Source: a virus (lineage: Duplodnaviria; Caudoviricetes). From it: DNA of 60,385 nucleotides. The notes beneath the pieces are model-generated. The model was not told the origin of the DNA and searched no databases. It worked only from the letters and a program-made list of their open reading frames with translations. The translations under genes and the position numbers were made by a program. Shown here in pieces: positions 7,950 to 16,168 of this stretch; position 1 is the first letter of the stretch; every line of letters starts with the position of its first letter. Where the stretch lies: positions 1 to 60,385 of the IMG/VR virus record IMGVR_UViG_3300036859_000207. One strand, given 5' to 3'.

Positions 7950-8153
7950 ATGCAGATCGATCACTATCGCCTGGATGTGGACGACGACAAGGGCGGCTTT
8001 TCGTTCACCTACGTGCGTCGCGACCTCAGGTATGCAGTCTCGCAATTCGAGAAGCACAGGTGTCGTGCGGGCGTGTCCTGCGTCACGCTGCGCGGCGTAT
8101 CCGCGTGGGGCGACCACATCGAGAACGTGAAGCACTATTCCGCGAACAGTTGA
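7950..8153 (+). CDS. Hypothetical protein (right array 6)
   Basis: SD gggag; ends TGAGGCCCGAGG. Confidence 0.65.
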   Translation: MQIDHYRLDVDDDKGGFSFTYVRRDLRYAVSQFEKHRCRAGVSCVTLRGVSAWGDHIENVKHYSANS

Positions 8154-8164
8154 GGCCCGAGGCC

Positions 8165-8572
8165 ATGAGCGATACTTGCCCGCGCTGCTACCCATTCATG
8201 AAGGGGAACAAGGTCTGTCGTGAGCATGCGCTCGAAGATGCGATCAGACCATTCGTCGAGGCAAGCAAGCGCTACGAGGAGAGCGGCGGCGACTTCGCGA
8301 AGGCGTTCCATTCTGTATCGGTCGCGGACATCCGCCGCGCCGCTGCAATTGACCTGCCGAAGAGTGACAAGGAAAGGCCCCCAAGTCGTGCACGCAAACT
8401 TACCTGGCAGATAGAGGACGAGCGCACGTCGCCTCACGGCGCTGTGGTGCAACTACTTCGGAGTGGCAAACATTGGGGCGTGCGCATTTGGTGGGATGAG
8501 TGTGAGTTTGAGATCACAAAGCACGCATCCGAACAAATTGCACGCGAGCAGTTCGCAACAGCCAACAACTGA
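8165..8572 (+). CDS. Hypothetical protein (right array 7)
   Basis: N-terminal CxxC; AGGCC junction. Confidence 0.65.
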   Translation: MSDTCPRCYPFMKGNKVCREHALEDAIRPFVEASKRYEESGGDFAKAFHSVSVADIRRAAAIDLPKSDKERPPSRARKLTWQIEDERTSPHGAVVQLLRSGKHWGVRIWWDECEFEITKHASEQIAREQFATANN

Positions 8573-8581
8573 GCCCCGACG

Positions 8582-8875
8582 ATGCGAACCAGCGAAGAGC
8601 GGGACCGAATGCACGACGAAGTCGTCGCGCGCTTCCCTGCTGGATTGACGCGCGGGCAGTTCAAGCTGGTGACGCTTGAAAGCGCGGACGAAGAAGACGG
8701 CCGCGTGTATCCGCCGTCGGTTGCCGACGGCGTCATGGCTACGCATTCGCTGATGATGGCGCTCTGGCTGCACGACAAAGTCGTGGAGCCGGGCTGGCGT
8801 GGCTACGACGTGCCGATGTGGTGGAAGATCACCCAGACGGGTCGCGATTGGGTCGCGGCCCAAAACGGAAATTGA
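8582..8875 (+). CDS. Hypothetical protein, winged-helix-like C-terminus (right array 8)
   Basis: WKITQTGR end resembles a wHTH wing. Confidence 0.65.
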   Translation: MRTSEERDRMHDEVVARFPAGLTRGQFKLVTLESADEEDGRVYPPSVADGVMATHSLMMALWLHDKVVEPGWRGYDVPMWWKITQTGRDWVAAQNGN

Positions 8876-8885
8876 GGCCCGAGGC

Positions 8886-9188
8886 TTGGAAGCCACCGCC
8901 ACAGTCGATGACGACGCCCTCTCGTTCCTGCTCTCGCTTGTGGCGAGGGAGCTGGTGGCGCGGAACTCTCCGTTGTGGAAGACGGATGTTGAGGCGGCGG
9001 CAGATGAGCACTGCGAGGCATGCGAAGCGGTGTGGAGCGAACTGTATCGCATGCTCGATAAGATACCCGTTGAAGCGGCGAAGCCGGCGCGGCCGGAACT
9101 GATAAAACGGGCGCTGAAGCGCGACATGAAAAAGGCGCTGAAGGCAGCACTGAGCAACACAGTCGATCAGTTGGTCGACGACCTGTAA
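8886..9188 (+). CDS. Hypothetical protein (right array 9)
   Basis: TTG after TGAGGCCCGAGG. Confidence 0.55.
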   Translation: MEATATVDDDALSFLLSLVARELVARNSPLWKTDVEAAADEHCEACEAVWSELYRMLDKIPVEAAKPARPELIKRALKRDMKKALKAALSNTVDQLVDDL

Positions 9189-9200
9189 GGAAGGCCAGAC

Positions 9201-9494
9201 ATGCTCAGGGTGGGACAGAAAATCGTATGTATCGACGGCGCGCCAGTGCGGAACGACTGCGCGGAGGTGATGCCGCTCCGCTTGGTTGAGGGCCAGATTT
9301 ACACGGTCCGCGAATTACACACCGAGCCGCATATTCATGGCTACGGAGTGCGCCTTGTTGAGCTGCCCAATCCGTCAATCGTCTGGAGCGACGGGACCGA
9401 GAAGGAATGGTCCTACCAGTCAGAGCGCTTTCGGCCAATCGTCGAGGGCGAAACCGAAGCGGGTATGCGCGACCGCGCTCCCGTCAATAGTTGA
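9201..9494 (+). CDS. Phage protein, VGQKIVCID...YTVR...RFRP family (right array 10)
   Basis: Recurrent small beta-rich phage-protein pattern; AGGCC junctions. Confidence 0.75.
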   Translation: MLRVGQKIVCIDGAPVRNDCAEVMPLRLVEGQIYTVRELHTEPHIHGYGVRLVELPNPSIVWSDGTEKEWSYQSERFRPIVEGETEAGMRDRAPVNS

Positions 9495-9503
9495 GGCCCG
9501 TTC

Positions 9504-9577
9504 CAGCGGTAGAGGTCGGTGCACCGCTGAAACCTCGAACAAGCACCGGCCGATCTTATCGGAGCTAGAACCCGATG
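9504..9577 (+). ncRNA. Candidate structured cis-regulatory RNA (pseudoknot plus RBS/ATG-sequestering switch)
   Basis: Stems cagcggt/accgctg, gaggt/acctc, ggtcggtgc/gcaccggcc; alternative ccgat/atcgg pairings. Confidence 0.5.
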
Positions 9578-9712
9578 GACGACGTGAAGAAGCAAGTGAA
9601 AGAGATGATCAGCAAGGCGGCGGAGGCAGAGAAGTCCGACGACGCACTCAAGTTTTCGCAGGCGGCACTGAACGCGGCGAACGCCTTGCGTCAGATTACC
9701 GACACGAAGTAG
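9575..9712 (+). CDS. 45-aa helical protein (right array 11; below ORF-track cutoff)
   Basis: MDDVKKQVKEMISKAAEAEKSDDALKFSQAALNAANALRQITDTK; followed by an 11-bp GAGA-loop hairpin at 9721-9746. Confidence 0.7.
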   Translation: MDDVKKQVKEMISKAAEAEKSDDALKFSQAALNAANALRQITDTK

Positions 9713-9767
9713 GCAACCAGCGCCGCGCTCGGAGACGGGCGCGGCGAACTTCAACGAAGGCCCGAGC

Positions 9768-9968
9768 GTGTCGCGCGACCCGAACTGGATGGACCCCGAT
9801 CAGACAATCACGCCGATTGTCTTGTCCGATATCATCGTCCGCATGCAGCTCAGAGAAGAAGTGGACCCGCGCCTGATGCTGCGAACGCTGCAATGGGCGA
9901 ATGCTCAGATAACTGAGATGCACGAGAAGATTGAGCGGGCGCGCTGGGCGCTCCGCGACCCGCAATAG
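9768..9968 (+). CDS. Hypothetical protein (right array 12)
   Basis: GTG after AAGGCCCGAG; ends TAGAGGCC. Confidence 0.6.
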   Translation: MSRDPNWMDPDQTITPIVLSDIIVRMQLREEVDPRLMLRTLQWANAQITEMHEKIERARWALRDPQ

Positions 9969-10265
9969 AGGCCGCCGTCATGCAGGCGGTGGCTTGCGGT
10001 TGTGCGCTCAAAGCGGCGCATCCCGACCACATCGCACAACTGGCGACAATACAAAGGCTTAGCTTAATCGGATCGTCCCCCGCGCGCGACACCGAACCGA
10101 GGTCCAAAAACAAAAGCAACCCCAACGCGGGGCCGCAGTCAGGCGCAAAAGGACGAAGGCACAAATATCAACCAAGCAACAACATCAGGGCGCACGCCGA
10201 CGTTAGGGCCGTTGCATTCACCGCCCACCGATGCACCCAGGTAGAATTGTACCAGCCATAAAACA

Positions 10266-10586
10266 TCATCCAACAACCCCCAATCCAGCGAGCCACGCTA
10301 GGCCGGAGGACAAAACCCGCCACAGCCAGCGCAGCCCCGGCAAAAGTAGGGTCCATATTGCCGCCGCCGCCAAGGCCAGCAGGGGCCACATATGATAGAG
10401 CAGCTTCAGGAGCCCAACGATCTTGGTCGCGATCTCCGCCATGGAGCTGATCCGCTCCCAATGATCTGCGGATGTCGGCGATGACTGGATCGAGCGGTCT
10501 TCGAGGGTCGAAATCCGCCCATCGTGACTCGTGGTCTGAGTCTTGAGCACCCGAAGGCGCGCCCAGAAAATGCTTTCGAGCTCCAT
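10266..10586 (-). CDS. Membrane protein at end of lysis cassette (holin/antiholin-like)
   Basis: SD gagg; coiled N-terminus (HDGRISTLE) and C-terminal TM. Confidence 0.55.
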   Translation of the reverse strand: MELESIFWARLRVLKTQTTSHDGRISTLEDRSIQSSPTSADHWERISSMAEIATKIVGLLKLLYHMWPLLALAAAAIWTLLLPGLRWLWRVLSSGLAWLAGLGVVG

Positions 10587-10606
10587 CGCGCATATCCGTG
10601 CTTCCT

Positions 10607-10906
10607 CTATGAAGTCGGCTTGTCACGCTCCCTCGACGGAAACAACGCCTTCAACTGCTCACTGCAGGACTGCCTATGCGATCTTTCAACCCTTGCATTC
10701 CGCTTCCAGGCTTCTCGATCCCTCAGGGCGATCACGTCGGTGATGTCCTGGTCCGGAAGCCTGGGTTCTTTTGGTGATGGCACCTTGGTGGTATCGCATT
10801 GATCGGGTAGCTGGGGAGAGTCGTTTGTGATATAGAGCGGGGGCGGAGCGTCCTTGGAGCAGGCGGATAGAATAACACAAGCCGCCAGTATCGTGGTGAT
10901 GCGCAT
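10607..10906 (-). CDS. Outer-membrane spanin (Rz1-like lipoprotein)
   Basis: Lipobox ILSAC after a short signal; Pro-rich; lysis cassette. Confidence 0.75.
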   Translation of the reverse strand: MRITTILAACVILSACSKDAPPPLYITNDSPQLPDQCDTTKVPSPKEPRLPDQDITDVIALRDREAWKRNARVERSHRQSCSEQLKALFPSRERDKPTS

Positions 10907-10936
10907 TTTGTTTTCCACGGAAGGAGGAGAACGGTC

Positions 10937-11410
10937 GTGCCGAATGATCACAATTGGGACCACGTCTTGGGTTGGCGTGTCGGCAAGCTTGTGGCGAAGC
11001 AGGTTTCCGGGTTGACCACCAGCGACGGGTCTATTGCGTTATCCGCTAAATGTGATTGCGGAAAAGTAGTGAAGATATCAGCGTCTAGGTTTGTGGTTGG
11101 CAACTATAGATCATGCGGGTGCGCAAGAGGTCCCGGCAAGCGTCTCACAAGCGCAAACAAAACGTCGCGCTTTAAGGGCGTAAGTTTTGCGGCGAATAGA
11201 ACCAAACAGTGGAAGGCGCAATGTCTTCGTCCAAACGGAAAGCGCCACATTGGATATTTTGATACAGAGGAAGAGGCGGCGCACGCTTACGATTCCGTTG
11301 CAACCCTAGCGTATGGGGACGCCGCCCTGACTAATGCGCATCTGGGGTTATTTGATGAAGTAGACCCACCATCAGATCGGCGGCCCTTCTTCCTGGAGAA
11401 AGATTTGTAA
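10937..11410 (+). CDS. AP2-domain DNA-binding protein (HNH-AP2 relative lacking an HNH core), antisense insertion
   Basis: CDCG...SCGC N-terminus; SRFKGV...HIGYFDTEEEAAHAYD AP2 motif; lower GC. Confidence 0.8.
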   Translation: MPNDHNWDHVLGWRVGKLVAKQVSGLTTSDGSIALSAKCDCGKVVKISASRFVVGNYRSCGCARGPGKRLTSANKTSRFKGVSFAANRTKQWKAQCLRPNGKRHIGYFDTEEEAAHAYDSVATLAYGDAALTNAHLGLFDEVDPPSDRRPFFLEKDL

Positions 11411-11417
11411 CCAAAGC

Positions 11418-11783
11418 CTACCGATTCAACTCCTTCACCATCACCCTCGGCCAAACCACCGGCCTGACCGGCTTCTTCAACAGTTCCGCTTCCAGCTTGG
11501 AATTCTGCAATGTCAGCACGTCGATTTCCTCTACTAGGTTCTTCTCTGCTCTGGAGCCGATGGCCATGGCGTCACGTTCTCGCTTTTGTCGCAGCGCGAG
11601 TTGCTGGATGCGGGCGTTGGCCATGCGGAGCTGCCAGGAGTTGCGTTCATCGAGTCTTGCGTCATGGCGGAGCCAGAACAAGCCGCCTACCAACAGTGCC
11701 ACCCCCAGCACAACCGCCACGGCTTGCATGGCGATGCCGGAGAGCTTCTGAGTCCACCAACCCAAGGAAAGGAGCGCCATCAT
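11418..11783 (-). CDS. Inner-membrane spanin (Rz-like)
   Basis: N-terminal TM plus coiled coil, between endolysin and lipoprotein. Confidence 0.65.
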   Translation of the reverse strand: MMALLSLGWWTQKLSGIAMQAVAVVLGVALLVGGLFWLRHDARLDERNSWQLRMANARIQQLALRQKRERDAMAIGSRAEKNLVEEIDVLTLQNSKLEAELLKKPVRPVVWPRVMVKELNR

Positions 11784-12006
11784 GACGAGTGTTCCAGACA
11801 CCAAGCCGCCGCAGGGTTTCAAAATGTGGATGAGCCCATATGGCTTCGCTCCGGGAACTGAAACGCCATACGATTATGAGCTGGTAGAAATCTGGCGATC
11901 CGGGAACAGAGATGTTGTCTACCCTGCGAAGCTACACCCGGCATTCAATGTGGCTAACCTCTACTGGCGCCCAGCGAAGCGCTTCGGCGAAGAGATGTCA
12001 GCCTAA
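11782..12006 (+). CDS. Hypothetical protein, antisense insertion in lysis cassette
   Basis: SD aaggag; exactly spans endolysin stop to spanin start. Confidence 0.6.
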   Translation: MTSVPDTKPPQGFKMWMSPYGFAPGTETPYDYELVEIWRSGNRDVVYPAKLHPAFNVANLYWRPAKRFGEEMSA

Positions 12007-12833
12007 ACGGCGTGCTTCCGCCTCCAAAGATACGCCATGACCGCCCCGAACAGAGCAGTTGCAGCTACCCAGAACAGCGGCTCGCTCAGAACGGCCAATA
12101 GGAAGGCCGTGAGGCTGAATTTTCCGGCCGGGGCCGACCTCTCGACGATCCCAGGAGCTGCCGCCGTGAGCCCTCCTAGGCCGCCTACGCCTAGGCTGGC
12201 CTCGGTGGCGAGGGGCGGGGATGGATTTTGGGCCGGAGCCTTGCCGATCTCGGCGCTCTGAGCATGCGGGTCCGCCAACGGCTCATCTGCCTCTGTTGCG
12301 GCGTGGAAGAGACGAGAGCCAGAAATAGCTGCCAACGCGACCCGCTCGACACCATCGCATCGGCTCATCCAGCCCCTGCCAAACTTCCAGAAGGTTCTGA
12401 GACCCCGCAGAAACCTTCTGCGCTCCTCCATGTAGGAGTGGATGAGTTGTGCTGGCTCCGCCCGATGAACTGCCGCCATTGTAAGCGATCCAAGATGCCC
12501 ATCAATGGACAACCCAAGCACGCGTTGAAGCGACTTGATCGCCTGCCCACACCCCGAGTTGACCGAAAAATCCCACACCTCCAAGTCAACGCCCGGCGGC
12601 ATTTCGCTTGCGCGCGCCGGCACCCAGTAGTTGTCCCGATAGATGGTGGTGAACTCTTCTCTTGTGATCGCCTTCACGCTCTGCCGCGGCAAGCGGGAAC
12701 GATCACGGAATGCGTCATACTCAACCTGGATGATGCCGCACATTGTCGGCCCACCAGGGTCCTCTTTGACATTGCTGTATCCACCTTCCCAGCGTAAGGT
12801 CTCGGCAAGGCAGACAGGGAAACGGTCAGGCAT
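12003..12833 (-). CDS. Endolysin, glycoside hydrolase family 108 with PG-binding domain and C-terminal TM
   Basis: EGGYSN..EDPGGPTMCGI; LQRVLG..IDGHLG; FGRGWMSR. Confidence 0.92.
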   Translation of the reverse strand: MPDRFPVCLAETLRWEGGYSNVKEDPGGPTMCGIIQVEYDAFRDRSRLPRQSVKAITREEFTTIYRDNYWVPARASEMPPGVDLEVWDFSVNSGCGQAIKSLQRVLGLSIDGHLGSLTMAAVHRAEPAQLIHSYMEERRRFLRGLRTFWKFGRGWMSRCDGVERVALAAISGSRLFHAATEADEPLADPHAQSAEIGKAPAQNPSPPLATEASLGVGGLGGLTAAAPGIVERSAPAGKFSLTAFLLAVLSEPLFWVAATALFGAVMAYLWRRKHAV

Positions 12834-12845
12834 TGCTCATTAGCC

Positions 12846-14351
12846 TCAGATCAGACCGTAAACGGCATAGTCGCCACTGGCGATGTTGCCGGATGAGAAC
12901 ATGAAGCGGATTGCATCCGTGTCTTGCGCCGTCTCGCGAGCGCCGCCGCCTGCGGAATGTTCGCCCTGCGGCGTACCGTTGTTGGTGATGTAGTAGCCAT
13001 CGAAGAAAACGCGCGACCAGAACGCGGCGCTGGTGTTCTTCAGAAGCTTGATCTCTCCGAAGTAGCCTTCATTCGCACCGTTGCCGATCTGGTTGTTGGC
13101 ACCCGTGTTAGTCATCACGATCTGATTGGCGGAACCGCTGCCAACGGCTGTTGCGGTCGGCGTGTCGTTGACCGAGTTCACCGCGTAGTTATAGCCCGTA
13201 GCATCGTAGGTGGACCCGGCGTCCGTCGAGAACCTGCACCACAAATCGACGCCATCAGTGGCGGGCACGAAGCCGGCCAAGGAAATGAGGAAACCTCGAT
13301 AGCCGGTATAGGTGCTGAGCACGAGGTCGAGGGTAGCGGCGCTACTGACAGAACCAGAGGTCAACAGGAACGCATTGCGCACCGCCAGCGCCGTCATGAA
13401 GGCGGTGTTATCGGTCCCTGTTTGGGCCTGCGCCGTGGAAGCCGTCAGCGAAACCCAAGCCGAGGCCTGGAATTGATAGAGCGTGTTCTCGTCCTGGACA
13501 TAGGCGAGCCAACCGCAATCAGTGGGTGGCGTGTACTTGTTGAACGAGGCGCCGTTGGCCTCGATGATGTCGCCTACAGAGTAGGTCGAGAAGGCGCCGG
13601 AGACGATATAGCGCGCGCCGGCCGTTGGCGAGCCAGGCGCAGCGCTGACCAGATCAACAATTGGGATGACGGCCGGCGCACGGGACGCCATCAGCGGCGG
13701 CGTGTGTCCAACAAGCTTGAAGCCGGTTCCGTCGCAGATGATCTCCGCGCCTTCGCCGATCTGAAAGGCGCGGGCCGTGAAATTCTGTCCCTCGAAGGCG
13801 ATGTTCTCGGAAGCTGCAAGTATGACCTGATTGGCTGTTCCAGAGCATCGAACTTTGACGGACCAGTTGTCACCCAGCGTTGCCGCCGCTGTCAGCGTCA
13901 ACGTAAACTGGCCGCCCGTCGTGTTGGCCTCGATCAGCTTGGATCGATCCGCCGCCACGATGGTATAGTTTGCCGTCTTGGTGATGACGGGCTGGGTGAG
14001 GGTGGAGGTCGAACCCGTGGTCAGGAATGTGGAGGTATCCAGCGCCCCCTTGATGTTGTCGAGAGTGCGGATGATGTTGTCGTCGGCGTCGGTGATGACG
14101 ACCTTGTAGGCGGCCGTCCCGGTGTACACCATGACGGCAGTGGATGAGCCGAAACTGGCAACAGGCGTGCCCAGGCTATCGCAATAGACGGTGGCCCCCA
14201 GAGACGCGGACAGGGCCGAATCCGAGTACACCGTCTTGGGTGTGGTGGTGGTCGCATTGTAGAAATTGATCTTCGCCCCCGACACGGGAGCGCCGGTAGC
14301 GTTGTCGGTGATGCGGAAATTTGGGGGGAAGATTTGTACGGCATCAACCAT
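12846..14351 (-). CDS. Tail fiber/spike with P22-tailspike-like head-binding N-terminus and DUF2793-like segment
   Basis: PVSGAKINFY..TTTPKTVYSD; GWLAYVQDENTLYQF. Confidence 0.75.
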   Translation of the reverse strand: MVDAVQIFPPNFRITDNATGAPVSGAKINFYNATTTTPKTVYSDSALSASLGATVYCDSLGTPVASFGSSTAVMVYTGTAAYKVVITDADDNIIRTLDNIKGALDTSTFLTTGSTSTLTQPVITKTANYTIVAADRSKLIEANTTGGQFTLTLTAAATLGDNWSVKVRCSGTANQVILAASENIAFEGQNFTARAFQIGEGAEIICDGTGFKLVGHTPPLMASRAPAVIPIVDLVSAAPGSPTAGARYIVSGAFSTYSVGDIIEANGASFNKYTPPTDCGWLAYVQDENTLYQFQASAWVSLTASTAQAQTGTDNTAFMTALAVRNAFLLTSGSVSSAATLDLVLSTYTGYRGFLISLAGFVPATDGVDLWCRFSTDAGSTYDATGYNYAVNSVNDTPTATAVGSGSANQIVMTNTGANNQIGNGANEGYFGEIKLLKNTSAAFWSRVFFDGYYITNNGTPQGEHSAGGGARETAQDTDAIRFMFSSGNIASGDYAVYGLI

Positions 14352-14388
14352 CTTGAAGGCGCCTCAAAGCTTTGTTAGGGAATGGATG

Positions 14389-16074
14389 TCACTGTCCGCG
14401 CGTAAGTCTGTTTTCCCAGTAGGCGGGGTCATTGGGGTCGGTGATTTTCTCAGAGGTTGGCTCTTCTTTCGCTTTCGCCGCCCGAGTCGTTGGAGTAGGC
14501 TTGCTCTGCTGCGGAGCATCAAGGAGCCTTTTCTTGATCTTTTGCCCCGTGTGGGCATCATAGGCGACACCATTGATGTCGCGCTTCACGCCGGGAGGCA
14601 GATCAGATGCAGATCGACTGGGCGAAGCTTCGGGAGACGGCAGTTGACCTCGAGGCGGGCCAGACAACGCATTCGGCACGACGGCGCCCGACGCTTGAGG
14701 AGTACCAGCGGATGACGCCGCGCCAACAGTGGTCGGCCGCAAAAGCGCATTTGTCTCCACAAGAGTACCGGAGAGAGGTGCGTCGATGGATACGCCTGTG
14801 GGTTGCGCACCTGCTGGCCCCCGCCACCGATTCCCCAGCGCGGTAGCGCCTCTTCCTATGGCGCGCACCAAGTCGGTTCCGAACAGCCCTCCACCGAAGC
14901 CCTCAACACCGCCCATGATCAGGCGCTCTTGCATTTTCTGCGGGTCGTAGAACTCGGCAGAAGCCGCAGAGCGGATCGGGTTGGCCTCGGGCAAGGACTT
15001 GAAGTCCTGGAGGCGATCAACAGCCTCTTGGCGCCGCGGGTGCGCGGCAGGAAGGTTTTCCGCGAGCGCTTCGTACATGCGACGCTTCGGATTGTCGGGC
15101 TCCGTCGCCAAGGCGTTGTAGGCGAGGGGAAGGTTTGCGGTGATGCCGCCGGAAATGGTGCCCGTGGTCAAAGGCAGGGCGTAATCTTTGAAGACCTGGC
15201 CGGGCAATGTCTCCCCCGGCCCCGTCGCCAATCGCGACAGTTTAGCCCCAGCAAATCCAGCGATAGCTGGGGCTAAGCCGCCAGTCTTGTCGTAAACTTG
15301 GCCGACTGCGGTATCGGAAAACCGCCTATCCCGCGCCATTTCCTTGGCTGCCGCCGCTTCTGCCGTCGCGACGGCGCGATCGTACTCCGCCCGATCCTTC
15401 CTTTGCGCCTCCGCTTCGATCTCCCGCTTCGTGGCAGCATCAGCGCTCTCGCGGCCAAGCCTAGCGCTGGTTTCCGAAGCCCGCCTATCAATCTCGGCTT
15501 GGCGCTCAGAACGCTGCCGCTCCATCTCCATCTCGCGCCGCTGCGTTCGCGTGAGCGGCGTCTGGGCCTCCGCCTCAGTTACCGGAGAGCCGCCGATGTC
15601 CGAAACCGCAGCGGCGCCATAGCCACCCGCAAGGGTTTTCAGCGCGGCCATCGGCCTACCGACTGCCATCGCCGTCTGTACACCTGCATTTGTTACGGTG
15701 GGGACAGAAGGATCGATCATCGCGTCACGCACGGCATCGCTCGCTCTGCCCACCTGCGGGATGCCCGTGAACTCGCGCGTGATAGGCTCCACCCTCAGAA
15801 GCGTATCGATGGCCGGACCCGCCGAGGTCGGAAGCCCCATGTTGATCATTGCCCTTTCTGCCTCCGGCGAGAGGCTGTTGCGCAGCTCGCCAAAACCCTG
15901 GGGTGGCAACGTAGGCAGATAGGGCAACCCGTGCTCCCCGGCACCAACCTTTGGCCGGACCCGATCAAGGATGGCCCGCTTCTCGACGGGCGAAGCCCGC
16001 GCCAGCTCTGCCGCCAGCTCTGCCAGCGCTGCATCGAAGTCAGAAACTTGCTCTGGGGCGATCTCGTCGGCCAT
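14389..16074 (-). CDS. Putative internal virion/ejection protein
   Basis: Ala/Gly-rich and helical; position in P22-like ejection cluster. Confidence 0.6.
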   Translation of the reverse strand: MADEIAPEQVSDFDAALAELAAELARASPVEKRAILDRVRPKVGAGEHGLPYLPTLPPQGFGELRNSLSPEAERAMINMGLPTSAGPAIDTLLRVEPITREFTGIPQVGRASDAVRDAMIDPSVPTVTNAGVQTAMAVGRPMAALKTLAGGYGAAAVSDIGGSPVTEAEAQTPLTRTQRREMEMERQRSERQAEIDRRASETSARLGRESADAATKREIEAEAQRKDRAEYDRAVATAEAAAAKEMARDRRFSDTAVGQVYDKTGGLAPAIAGFAGAKLSRLATGPGETLPGQVFKDYALPLTTGTISGGITANLPLAYNALATEPDNPKRRMYEALAENLPAAHPRRQEAVDRLQDFKSLPEANPIRSAASAEFYDPQKMQERLIMGGVEGFGGGLFGTDLVRAIGRGATALGNRWRGPAGAQPTGVSIDAPLSGTLVETNALLRPTTVGAASSAGTPQASGAVVPNALSGPPRGQLPSPEASPSRSASDLPPGVKRDINGVAYDAHTGQKIKKRLLDAPQQSKPTPTTRAAKAKEEPTSEKITDPNDPAYWENRLTRGQ

Positions 16075-16168
16075 GGCCTATCAACCTGATCTGTGCTAAG
16101 CGATACGCATGCGGGGGTTTTGGCGCGTCCAACCGTCGAAACGGCTGGCGTTCTACTTCATTGTCGCG

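Noticed and set aside
1834-9973. Classical integron with attC sites
   Set aside because: No IntI-type integrase beside the array and no GTTRRRY/RYYYAAC hairpin sites; most junctions are too short.
9980-10261. 13th right-array gene
   Set aside because: Follows an AGGCC junction but overlaps convergent lysis-end ORFs and has unconvincing composition; left uncalled.
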